Of a stretch of DNA of 46,259 nucleotides, positions 18,806 to 26,850 are shown piece by piece (the first letter of the stretch is position 1; every line of letters starts with the position of its first letter). The DNA lies in the NCBI GenBank assembly GCA_035529175.1, contig DATKXG010000262.1, positions 1-46,259 on the forward strand, in the 5' to 3' direction. Source of the DNA: Ilumatobacteraceae bacterium. GTDB taxonomy: Bacteria; Actinomycetota; Acidimicrobiia; Acidimicrobiales; Ilumatobacteraceae. The position numbers were made by a program, and so were the translations under genes. The notes below the pieces were generated by a model, which was not told the origin of the DNA, searched no databases, and worked only from the letters and a program-made list of their open reading frames with translations.

Positions 18806-19693
18806 ATGGAGTGGGTCGAAACCACCGCAAAGACCATCGAGGCCGCTCGTGAGGCGGCGCTGGATCAACTCGGCGTTGGCGCCGACGAGGCCGAGTTCGA
18901 GGTGATCGAGGAACCCCGTCCGGGTCTGTTCGGCCGGATGCGCGGCGAGGCTCGGTTGCGGGCACGGGTCCGTCCGGCCCAGGTCCGACCGAAGCAGGAA
19001 CGACGCCGGAAGGGCCGTTCGGACGCAACGAAGGCCAAGGCAGACAACGCGTCGACGAAGGACGCCGCCAGCGACGAGTCGAGCAACGCGACGTCGGCGG
19101 CGTCGGGCGAGACGACCGTCACGCCGTCGAAGAACTCATCGGGCGAGACGCCCGCCGCCAGTCGATCCACCACCAAGCGCAGCAAGCAGAACGAGGAGCA
19201 GAAGATGAGCAACGAGGACCGCCCCGAATCGACCGTGACGCCCGAGGAGGTCGGGGCTGCAGCCGTGGCATTCATGGACGGGCTCACCGCTGCGTTCGGC
19301 GTTGACGGCTCGTCGACCCTGAACGTCGACGAGCTCGAACTGCGCGTCGATGTGACGGGGTCCGAGCTGGGACTCCTCGTCGGCCCCGGCGGCCGTACCC
19401 TCAACGCGATTCAGGACCTGGCCCGAGTGTCGGCGCAACGCCGCCTTGGTGATCACGAGACGCGACTGCGCATCGATGTCGCCGGCTACCGAGAGCGGCG
19501 AGAGGCCGCGCTGTCGGCATTCGCACGAGACATCGCCGACCAGGTCCGGACGTCGGGAACGGCTCGTTCGCTCGAACCGATGAGTTCGTCTGATCGCAAG
19601 GTCGTCCACGACGTGCTCAACGAGGAAGCCGACGTGTCGAGCCGGTCGGTGGGCGAGGATCCGGATCGCCGGATCATCGTCGAGCCCGCCTGA
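18806..19693 (+). CDS. jag: Jag/KhpB-type RNA-binding protein (Jag_N, KH and R3H domains)
   Basis: MEWVETTAKTIEAAREAALDQLGV (Jag_N), then LLVGPGGRTLNAIQDL (KH) and EPMSSSDRKVVHDVL (R3H). ATG 18806 is preferred over the ORF-track GTG 18782. Confidence 0.9.
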   Translation: MEWVETTAKTIEAAREAALDQLGVGADEAEFEVIEEPRPGLFGRMRGEARLRARVRPAQVRPKQERRRKGRSDATKAKADNASTKDAASDESSNATSAASGETTVTPSKNSSGETPAASRSTTKRSKQNEEQKMSNEDRPESTVTPEEVGAAAVAFMDGLTAAFGVDGSSTLNVDELELRVDVTGSELGLLVGPGGRTLNAIQDLARVSAQRRLGDHETRLRIDVAGYRERREAALSAFARDIADQVRTSGTARSLEPMSSSDRKVVHDVLNEEADVSSRSVGEDPDRRIIVEPA

Positions 19694-19699
19694 TCCCGC

Positions 19700-20287
19700 A
19701 TGAACGACGAGCCCTCCGTGGCGCTCGTCGATGCGCTGCTGGATGCGCAGCGACTCGGATTCCTCGGATCACGCCCGATCCCTGAGGTGATCGAGCACGC
19801 ACGCGGGTTCGTTCGTGCCCTGCGGGCGTGCGAGAACGATCGCGTGATCGAGTCCGTCCTCGATCTGGGGAGCGGTGGTGGCGTGCCGGGATTGATCATC
19901 GCTCATGACCTCCCGACCGTCCGCCTGACGCTGCTGGATCGTCGGGCGAAACGTACCGACGCCCTGGAGCGCCTGGTTCGCCGTCTCGGCTGGCAGGATC
20001 GGATCACGGTGGCGTGTACCGACGTCACGACCTTCGCCCCTGACGACCTGTTCGACGCGGTCGTTGCGAGGGGATTCGGACCACCGGAGTTCACTCTTGC
20101 GCAGGCGGTGCGTTTCGTGCGTGATGGCGGACCGATCGTGATCAGTGAGCCGCCGGATGTGGATCGATGGGACGATCGACTGCTCGCTGACCTGGGACTT
20201 CGTCGAGTCGAGGCCCCGACCAGTTCGCCCAGTGTTGGGGGACCGGGGGACCTCGACGGTCTGGTCGCCGTGTTCCTCCCCCGTTGA
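19700..20287 (+). CDS. rsmG: 16S rRNA (guanine527-N7)-methyltransferase RsmG
   Basis: The SAM motif is VLDLGSGGGVPGLIIA. The position between jag and parA is conserved, and the length (195 aa) fits. Confidence 0.9.
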   Translation: MNDEPSVALVDALLDAQRLGFLGSRPIPEVIEHARGFVRALRACENDRVIESVLDLGSGGGVPGLIIAHDLPTVRLTLLDRRAKRTDALERLVRRLGWQDRITVACTDVTTFAPDDLFDAVVARGFGPPEFTLAQAVRFVRDGGPIVISEPPDVDRWDDRLLADLGLRRVEAPTSSPSVGGPGDLDGLVAVFLPR

Positions 20288-20304
20288 CATTCGGGGGTCC
20301 CCGA

Positions 20305-20320
20305 TGTTTCACGTGAAACA
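20305..20320. promoter_or_regulatory. parS centromere site (perfect 16-bp palindrome)
   Basis: TGTTTCACGTGAAACA is identical to the canonical ParB-binding parS consensus. It lies between rsmG and parA. Confidence 0.95.
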
Positions 20321-20365
20321 TCCGCAGCCCCTGCGATCCACGGCGCGCTCACGCGGATCGTCGGG

Positions 20366-20381
20366 TGTTTCACGTGAAACC
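20366..20381. promoter_or_regulatory. parS centromere site (15/16 match)
   Basis: TGTTTCACGTGAAACC lies 61 bp downstream of the first site (start to start). Confidence 0.9.
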
Positions 20382-20498
20382 TTCGATTTGCGGCCGACAA
20401 TGCTTGTCTTCCGACGGTGAATCCGCAAGAGTGTGCGGGTCCCTCGCCCCGCACGGCATCATGGTGCCGTATGGTCGTGCCGTAGAACGGAGAACCTG

Positions 20499-21320
20499 TT
20501 GTCGGAGTACGACATCCACACCGAGTCACCCGAGCCCACTCCCCCGGTTCACCAACTGCCCCGAGTCATCGCGCTCGCAAACCAGAAGGGTGGCGTCGGC
20601 AAGACGACGACGACGGTCAACCTCGGTGCCGCCCTGGCCGAGATGGGTCTGCGCACCTTGATCATCGATCTCGACCCGCAGGGCAACGCGTCGACCGGAC
20701 TCGGCATCGAGAACCGTGGTCTCGAGCACTCCATGTATCACGTGCTGATGCACGAGGAGCCACTGGAGAACGTGGTCGAGCCCACCGACGTGCGCAATCT
20801 CTTCGTTGCGCCGGCATCGCTCGACTTGGCCGGCGCGGAGATCGAGCTCGTGCCGGCATTCAGCCGTGAACAGCGGCTCAAGCGTGCGATCGAGGCCGTT
20901 CGCGACGACTACGACTACGTCCTGATCGACTGCCCGCCGTCACTGGGATTGTTGACCGTCAACGGCCTGGCCGCCGCCAGCGAGGTGCTGGTCCCCATCC
21001 AGTGCGAGTACTACGCCCTCGAGGGTCTCGGTCAGCTGCTCCGCAACGTGGACCTCGTCAAACGGAACCTGAATCCCACGCTGGAGATGAGCACCATCTT
21101 GTGCGTGATGTACGACGCACGCACCAAGCTCTCCGGCCAGGTGGTCAGCGAGGTGCGCGAGCACTTCGGCGAGAAGGTCCTCAAGTCGGTGATCCCTCGA
21201 TCGGTCCGGTTGTCGGAGGCCCCGTCGTTCGGACAGCCCATCACCACGTTCGATCCAACTTCCCGTGGGGCGATTGCCTATCGGGACGCTGCACGGGAGG
21301 TTCACCATGGCTCGATCTAG
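20499..21320 (+). CDS. parA: Chromosome partitioning ATPase ParA/Soj
   Basis: The deviant Walker A is NQKGGVGKTTTTVNLGAALA, with DCPPSLGLLTVNGL and SEAPSFGQP also present. The start is uncertain: TTG 20499 follows GGAGA, and the ORF-track GTG is at 20433. Confidence 0.93.
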   Translation: MSEYDIHTESPEPTPPVHQLPRVIALANQKGGVGKTTTTVNLGAALAEMGLRTLIIDLDPQGNASTGLGIENRGLEHSMYHVLMHEEPLENVVEPTDVRNLFVAPASLDLAGAEIELVPAFSREQRLKRAIEAVRDDYDYVLIDCPPSLGLLTVNGLAAASEVLVPIQCEYYALEGLGQLLRNVDLVKRNLNPTLEMSTILCVMYDARTKLSGQVVSEVREHFGEKVLKSVIPRSVRLSEAPSFGQPITTFDPTSRGAIAYRDAAREVHHGSI

Positions 21321-22230
21321 TGGACTCGGCAAAGGGCTGAGTTCGATCATTCCGGGAGCGGAGCTGCCCGACGCTGACGCGTCGCAGGGGGCCGTGTTGT
21401 CCGAGGTCCCGGTCTCGGCGGTCTCACCCAACCCGAATCAGCCTCGTGTCCACTTCGATGAGGAGAGCCTGACCGAACTGTCGGCCTCGATCACCGAGAT
21501 GGGCGTGCTGCAACCGATTCTGGTGCGGCCGCTCGCCGAGGGGGCCTTCGAGCTGATCGCCGGGGAACGGCGTTGGCGGGCAGCGCAACGAGCAGGCCTG
21601 ACGACGATCCCTGCCGTGATCCGTCTCACCGACGATGTCAGCTCGGTCGAGCAGGCCTTGGTCGAGAACCTCCACCGCCAGGACCTCACCGCCCTCGAAG
21701 AGGCCGCTGCGTTCCAGCAGTTGCTCGACGAGTTCGGGTTGACCCATGATCAGGTCGCGACGCGCGTCGGCAAGAGCCGATCGGCGATCACCAACAGCCT
21801 CCGTCTGCTCGGACTCCCACCTGCCGTGCAGCATCTTCTGGCCGATGGTCAGCTGAGCGCCGGCCATGCCCGAGCACTTCTCGGCACACCCGATCGCAGT
21901 CGGCAGGAGCAGCTCGCCCGCGAGGCCGCGGCCGGCGGTTGGTCCGTGCGCATGGTCGAGGACGCGGTGCGCGCCGACGTCGCCGGTCCCGATGGAACCG
22001 ACGAGAAGGTTGCTGACGACGACGTGCCGGCGGCGCCGCCCGCGGATGGTGCCGGGCTCACTCCGTCGACACGGCTGCGTCCGCCCGGCCTCCTGGAACT
22101 CGAGCACCTCCTGGCCGAGTACCTCGACACGCGCGTGAGTGTTCAGATGACCGCCAAGAAGGGTCGAGTGACCATCGAGTTCGCCGACCTCGAGGATCTC
22201 GAACGCATCTACCGAGCGATGACCAGCTGA
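21307..22230 (+). CDS. parB: Chromosome partitioning protein ParB/Spo0J
   Basis: MARSSGLGKGLSSIIPG, the ParB box LQPILVRP...ELIAGERRWRAAQRAGL and the HTH region QVATRVGKSRSAITNSLRLL are present. ATG 21307 is preceded by GGGAGG. Confidence 0.95.
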   Translation: MARSSGLGKGLSSIIPGAELPDADASQGAVLSEVPVSAVSPNPNQPRVHFDEESLTELSASITEMGVLQPILVRPLAEGAFELIAGERRWRAAQRAGLTTIPAVIRLTDDVSSVEQALVENLHRQDLTALEEAAAFQQLLDEFGLTHDQVATRVGKSRSAITNSLRLLGLPPAVQHLLADGQLSAGHARALLGTPDRSRQEQLAREAAAGGWSVRMVEDAVRADVAGPDGTDEKVADDDVPAAPPADGAGLTPSTRLRPPGLLELEHLLAEYLDTRVSVQMTAKKGRVTIEFADLEDLERIYRAMTS

Positions 22231-22386
22231 CGTCCCTGCCGTGACGACGCGCCACTGATCAACGTGCGCGTGAACCTGAGAGTTGAGGCTCGGTCAGACC
22301 GACCACGATCCGTCGCCGAATCCCGCCGTTCACCTGGATCACCCACGCTGCGTGTTCGTCATCTCAACGTCACGTCGAGACAAACT

Positions 22387-22409
22387 CACAGGCTGTGCGA
22401 AAGCCTGTG
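22387..22409 (-). terminator. Hairpin 7 nt downstream of the cwlM-like stop, between convergent genes
   Basis: CACAGGCT-gtgcgaa-AGCCTGTG has an 8-bp stem. Its right arm overlaps a TGTGGACAA 9-mer at 22406-22414. Confidence 0.4.
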
Positions 22410-22415
22410 GACAAC

Positions 22416-23393
22416 TCAGAAGTCGGGGGATGAACCACCGGTCGCCCACAAGGTGAGCGCCCCGACGACGGCGTCGGTCACGGCGTCGGTTGCGTCGACG
22501 GCGGCACGCACCGGACCCAGCGAACACAACACCGCAGGCATGCGGGTCTCTCGAAGCACGGGGAGTCTCATGCCTCGTACCTCGGGCCGCTGGAGCTGTG
22601 CGGTGCACCACCCGGCGGCGATGCGGGTGGCCAGGGCTCGTCCACCGATCGACTCGAACGTGGGTACGGCATAATAGGAGATCAAGGAACGGGTGTCCGA
22701 CCGGGCCTCGAACCCGACGTAGAGATGGGCCCCGAAGCGGTTCGCTGCGGCCGCCTGGGCACCGGCTTCGTACTCGTCGGTCGACATGACCGTCGCTCCA
22801 CTCGTTCGCAGCGCACGCGTCACGGAGCGCGTGATCGAGCTGAGTCCGCCGAACTGCCCGACGACGATGCGCAGGGTGATCAGCGACGCGTGTTCGGTCA
22901 GGGCTTCCCGTACCGACGCGACCCCGGGGCCCGAGCCGGTTTGACGCCGGAGCGACTCGAGCGTGCGAATCGTGTGCGGGCCGCAGATGCCGTCAGGGAC
23001 CAGTCCACCGTTGCGCTGGAAGTCCTCCAGTGCACGCACGGTCGCCGGTCCGAAGATCCCGTCGGGTCGCCCGCAGTCGAATCCGAGCTGGTTGAGTGCG
23101 CTCTGGAGCTCGGCGACGTCGTCGCCTCGCAGCTGGGGTGCCGCCAGCACCAGGAGCCGGTCACCCAGCCGCCAACCCGCCTCGATGAGCGCCATCCACG
23201 TGTGTTCGTCGCAGGCGCCACTGATGTGCAGGCCGCGCAGGCGTTGGAAATCCGTGACCGCTCGCTGCGTGGACGCGCCGAAGTGCCCGGGAGTGTCGCC
23301 GGTCGGCGCCAGTCCTGCCGAACCGAGACGACGCTGGAGATCGCGGACTGGCTCGCCGCGCTGCCCCTGCCTCAGCGGGAAGAGACCCGTCAG
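22416..23393 (-). CDS. cwlM: CwlM-like protein: two peptidoglycan-binding repeats plus an N-acetylmuramoyl-L-alanine amidase (Amidase_3-like) domain; start codon unresolved
   Basis: The ORF-track CDS 22416..23195 has repeat 2 (LRGDDVAELQSALNQLGFDCGRPDGIFGPATVRALEDFQ) and an amidase-like C-terminus (HLYVGFEA...MPAVLCSLG). The same frame upstream, open with no stop, encodes repeat 1 (LRQGQRGEPVRDLQRRLGSAGLAPTGDTPGHFGASTQRAVTDFQRLRGLHISGACDEHTW-M). There is no ATG/GTG/TTG there. The 5' limit is drawn at CTG 23393, which overlaps the trxA stop. Confidence 0.75.
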   Translation of the reverse strand: MTGLFPLRQGQRGEPVRDLQRRLGSAGLAPTGDTPGHFGASTQRAVTDFQRLRGLHISGACDEHTWMALIEAGWRLGDRLLVLAAPQLRGDDVAELQSALNQLGFDCGRPDGIFGPATVRALEDFQRNGGLVPDGICGPHTIRTLESLRRQTGSGPGVASVREALTEHASLITLRIVVGQFGGLSSITRSVTRALRTSGATVMSTDEYEAGAQAAAANRFGAHLYVGFEARSDTRSLISYYAVPTFESIGGRALATRIAAGWCTAQLQRPEVRGMRLPVLRETRMPAVLCSLGPVRAAVDATDAVTDAVVGALTLWATGGSSPDF

Positions 23394-23728
23394 TGCGTCG
23401 TCGCCAGGAATTCGTCGAGCTCCTGGAGCAGGGCGCCCTTGCTCTTGGCGCCGACGAGTCGCTTGGACACCTCGCCGCCGGAGAAGACCAGCAGGGTCGG
23501 GATGCTCATCACGTTGTACCGCATCGCCAGGTCCGGATGATCGTCGACGTTCAGCTTGGCCACCGTGACATCACCGGCGTGCTCGTCGGCGATCTCGGCC
23601 AGGATCGGAGCGATCTGCTTGCACGGACCACACCATTCGGCCCAGAAGTCGACGATGACGGGCTTGTCTGAGCCGATCACACTCTCATCGAAGGTGTTGG
23701 AGGACAGGTTGACGATGCCGTCTGCCAT
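23390..23728 (-). CDS. trxA: Thioredoxin
   Basis: The active site is WAEWCGPCK; the protein is 112 aa with a canonical fold length. Confidence 0.97.
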   Translation of the reverse strand: MADGIVNLSSNTFDESVIGSDKPVIVDFWAEWCGPCKQIAPILAEIADEHAGDVTVAKLNVDDHPDLAMRYNVMSIPTLLVFSGGEVSKRLVGAKSKGALLQELDEFLATTH

Positions 23729-23869
23729 GACGCAATCCTTTCAGAGTTCCCCGGTCGAGGATTCACGAGCAGGGTAGGGCGCTCATGACGGGATCGGTGC
23801 AACCTCGATGACAACGGGAACATTCCCGACCGCGCTCCCGACCGCGCCGTCGACCGATCGAGCGGCCGA

Positions 23870-24823
23870 TCAGTGGTGGACGTTGGCTTCCAACCAGCGC
23901 TCGGCGTCGATTGCCGCCATGCAGCCGGAGCCTGCAGCGGTGATCGCCTGGCGGTACACGTCGTCTTGGACGTCGCCGCACGCGAACACGCCCTCGACGT
24001 CGGTGTAGGACGAATCGGGACGGGTGATCAGGTAGCCGGTGTCCGGGTGCATCGCGAGCTTGCCGGCGAACAGGTCGGTGTTGGGGCGATGTCCGATCGC
24101 GATGAACAGCCCGGTCACGGGCAGCGTCGACACCGAACCATCGACGGTGTCGGTGAGCTCGATGCCGGTGACCGAGGTGTCGCCGAAGATGTCGGTGACC
24201 TGGCTGTTCCAACGGAACTCGATCTTCGGATTGGCGAACGCCCGGTCCTGCATGATCTTCGACGCGCGGAGTTCGTCGCGGCGGTGCACGATGGTGACCT
24301 TGTCGGCGAACTTGGTGAGGAACGTGGCCTCCTCGATCGCCGAGTCACCTCCGCCGACCACGGCGATCTCGTGGCCACGGAAGAAGAAACCGTCGCAGGT
24401 GGCACACGTCGACAACCCGTGTCCGATGAGGCGTTGCTCCGGCTCGAGGCCGAGCATCAGCGATTGGGCGCCGGTGCTGACGATCACGGCCTGAGCTCGG
24501 TACTCGGTGTCACGCACCCAGACCCGGAACGGTCGCTCGGAGAAGTCGACGGCCGTGACCTTCTCGGTCAGGATCTCGGTGCCGAAGCGCTGCGCCTGGG
24601 CTCGCATGTTCGCCATCAGCTCGGGGCCCATGATGCCGTCGGGAAACCCCGGGAAGTTCTCGACCTCGGTGGTGAGCATCAGCTGACCGCCGGGCTGGTC
24701 GCTCGTGCTCGACGGCTCGCCCTCGATCAACAGCGGTGCGAGGTTCGCACGAGCGGCGTACACCGCTGCGGTGAGGCCCGCCGGTCCGGATCCGATGATG
24801 ATGACGTCGCGAACGTCTGACAT
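23870..24823 (-). CDS. trxB: Thioredoxin-disulfide reductase
   Basis: IIIGSGPAGLTAAVYAARA (FAD), redox-active CATCDG and the NADPH motif VVGGGDSAIEEATFL are present. GGAGGAAG precedes the ATG. Confidence 0.97.
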   Translation of the reverse strand: MSDVRDVIIIGSGPAGLTAAVYAARANLAPLLIEGEPSSTSDQPGGQLMLTTEVENFPGFPDGIMGPELMANMRAQAQRFGTEILTEKVTAVDFSERPFRVWVRDTEYRAQAVIVSTGAQSLMLGLEPEQRLIGHGLSTCATCDGFFFRGHEIAVVGGGDSAIEEATFLTKFADKVTIVHRRDELRASKIMQDRAFANPKIEFRWNSQVTDIFGDTSVTGIELTDTVDGSVSTLPVTGLFIAIGHRPNTDLFAGKLAMHPDTGYLITRPDSSYTDVEGVFACGDVQDDVYRQAITAAGSGCMAAIDAERWLEANVHH

Positions 24824-24885
24824 GGCACTTCCTCCAGGGGTCGATTCGTGGTGCAGGATGGCGCGGGCGGCGGCCGGTTCGTCGC

Positions 24886-25209
24886 TCAGGTCGTGGCCGC
24901 GTTGCGTTTGCGGAACAGCACGATGCCGATCACGCTGAGGATGCCGCCGACGATGAAGTAGCTGAGATACACCGCTTGGCTCCAGTCGACGGCCAGTGCG
25001 AGCAGCGCCTGCAAGCCCCGCATCGATCCGATGATGAAGATGAAGACGATGAGGACGCCGAGGATGGCTGCGAGGAACCCGAACACGGCGCCACGGGCGG
25101 CGTAGACGGCCTTCTGGGTGGTCTGCATCCGGAAGGAGTCGATGAGGCTCACCAACTTGTCGGTGGTCTCGGTGGCCCAGTTCGGATCGGTGAGCGGGTT
25201 GGCCGGCAT
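24886..25209 (-). CDS. Small hypothetical membrane protein (2 predicted TM helices)
   Basis: From ATG 25209: MPANPLTDPNW...AVFGFLAAILGVLIVFIFIIGSM ... VYLSYFIVGGILSVIGIVLF. The N-terminal 89 aa of the ORF-track model are Arg/Pro-rich and overlap the anti-sigma gene in another frame. Confidence 0.55.
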   Translation of the reverse strand: MPANPLTDPNWATETTDKLVSLIDSFRMQTTQKAVYAARGAVFGFLAAILGVLIVFIFIIGSMRGLQALLALAVDWSQAVYLSYFIVGGILSVIGIVLFRKRNAATT

Positions 25210-25231
25210 GTCGGCGAGGCTAGCCGCGCAC

Positions 25232-26143
25232 TCAGGGCAGTCGCGCCCGAGCGACCTCGGCGCAGTCGGCAGCTCGGTAGGCGATCGCCAAATTGCGGCT
25301 CTCGTCGATTCCCACCACGACCGGGACATCGCGGTACACCGCAGGTCCCACGATGGTGTCGACGCCGAGACAGCGGGGGAGTTCGGCCTCGGCGAGGAAC
25401 GTCTCGGCGTCGGACAGGTCCTCGCCGCCCTCCGCGCTCGTCGCTGCGGGCACGTCGTCGGAGGAGATCGGCGCACCCACGGCCGCGGCCGCGAAGTCGG
25501 CGAGATCGGTCACGTTGTCGAGTTGATCGAGCCCGACGTTCTCGCCGGGAGGTGCGGCGTTGTCGATCCCGGTGTCCAGCTCGACCGTCGCCTCGTCGGC
25601 GGCCCCGGCGGCCGGTGCCGGCAGGTCGCTGTCGGCAGCGTCGGCACGTGCGGATTCCGTGAGCGTTTCGGCCCCGCCGTCGCTCGAGGTTTCCTCGCTG
25701 GACGCTTCGTCGTCGGAGGCGGTCGACGAGAGCTGAAGTGCCACGCCTCCTGCCAGCACCAGGACGAGGGCGGCCGCGGCGCCGGTGAGCCAGCGCGTCG
25801 ACGTGCCCCGTGAGGAGCGCCGGCGACTGCTGAGCTGAGTGGGTGCCGTGACCGAGGCGGCGCCGGCGACGGCTGCAGCATCGACGCCCGCCGGCGTGCT
25901 GTCGCGCCGGGCGCCGGTGCGCTCGCGCTCGGGAAGGCGATCCCAGACCTCGAGCGCCGTCGCGAGTTGCGTCTCACGAATCGAGATCGCCTGCGGCTCG
26001 ATGTCGCCGAGCAGGGCCCGAACCGATCGGAGCCGGTCGACCTCGGCGAGGGCCTCCGTGTCGTTCTCCACCCGGGCGCGCTCGTCCCCGGTCACGTCAT
26101 CGTCGAGGTACGCGCTCGCGAGCAGGGTCAGGTCGTCGTTCAT
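25232..26143 (-). CDS. Putative anti-sigma factor, single-pass membrane protein (no zinc HxxxCxxC motif)
   Basis: The N-terminus is MNDDLTLLASAYLDDDVTGDERARVE (anti-sigma N-terminal helix style). A central TM (WLTGAAAALVLVLAGGVALQL) and an acidic extracytoplasmic region follow. ATG 26143 overlaps the sigma factor stop (ATGA). Confidence 0.65.
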   Translation of the reverse strand: MNDDLTLLASAYLDDDVTGDERARVENDTEALAEVDRLRSVRALLGDIEPQAISIRETQLATALEVWDRLPERERTGARRDSTPAGVDAAAVAGAASVTAPTQLSSRRRSSRGTSTRWLTGAAAALVLVLAGGVALQLSSTASDDEASSEETSSDGGAETLTESARADAADSDLPAPAAGAADEATVELDTGIDNAAPPGENVGLDQLDNVTDLADFAAAAVGAPISSDDVPAATSAEGGEDLSDAETFLAEAELPRCLGVDTIVGPAVYRDVPVVVGIDESRNLAIAYRAADCAEVARARLP

Positions 26144-26724
26144 GTCGGATCCATTGGACGTTCGTCGGGGTCTGATCGGTTCCCACGAATTCCTCGTCGA
26201 TGATCGTCGAGGCGCAGCTCGGCGGCCAGCGCGGCCCGGCCACGGGAGATACGCGACTTCACCGTGCCGACCGGGACGTCGAGCACCTCGGCGATCTCGG
26301 CGTAGTCGAGGTCGGCGACATCGCGGAGCACGACCGCGATCCGCAGGTCATCCGACAGCTGGTCGAGTGCGTCGTCGAGCAGGAGCCGATCGGGGAATCG
26401 TTCGGTGTGCAGGTTGGCCACCGGATCAACGGTCTCGGGCCGGTGAGCCTCGTCGACCGCGTGCAAGCCCGGCCGGCGCTGGCGCTTGCGGAGTTCGTCG
26501 AGCGACGCATTGGTCGCGATGCGGTAGGCCCAGGTGCCGAACGAGGAGCGACCGTCGAAGCGAGGAAGGTTGCGAACGATCTTGATCAGCGCCTCCTGAC
26601 AAGCATCGTCGGCATCGCGTGTCCCGCCGGCGACCCGGCGGCAGACGGCGTGGATCCGGTCGTAGTGACGGCGCAACAGCTGATCGAGCGCGAAACGATC
26701 ACCGCCCTGTGCGGCGGCGACCAA
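26140..26724 (-). CDS. ECF-type RNA polymerase sigma-70 factor (SigM-position)
   Basis: Region 2 is DACQEALIKIVRNLPRFDGRSSFGTWAYRIATNASLDELRKR. Region 4 is VLRDVADLDYAEIAEVLDVPVGTVKSRISRGR. The start is TTG 26724; the sigma-like sequence LDDAAL continues upstream without a canonical start. Confidence 0.9.
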   Translation of the reverse strand: MVAAAQGGDRFALDQLLRRHYDRIHAVCRRVAGGTRDADDACQEALIKIVRNLPRFDGRSSFGTWAYRIATNASLDELRKRQRRPGLHAVDEAHRPETVDPVANLHTERFPDRLLLDDALDQLSDDLRIAVVLRDVADLDYAEIAEVLDVPVGTVKSRISRGRAALAAELRLDDHRRGIRGNRSDPDERPMDPT

Positions 26725-26850
26725 GGCGGCGTCATCGAGTTGGCGAGGAATGCAGCGAGCGTAACGAACGGGTCGGAGGCGTCGCGGGATGTCCGCTGTA
26801 CGTGGGTGGCGCGTACGGGCCGTGCTGCCCGGCCGGTCGGCGATCGAGGA

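Noticed and set aside
20145-20661. Small ORFs (91 and 98 aa) spanning the rsmG-parA spacer
   Set aside because: Their conspicuous MFHVKH / MFHVKP starts are simply the parS palindromes read as protein.
22406-22414. Perfect DnaA box TGTGGACAA downstream of cwlM
   Set aside because: It is a single isolated 9-mer that overlaps a terminator-like hairpin, far from dnaA and oriC. It may titrate DnaA, but one copy is within chance expectation and cannot be called a regulatory site.
26725-26850. ECF-type autoregulated promoter upstream of the sigma factor gene
   Set aside because: I looked for a GGAAC-N16-17-CGT(C/T) arrangement on the minus strand. CGTTCGTT is present, but no convincing -35 element sits at the right spacing.
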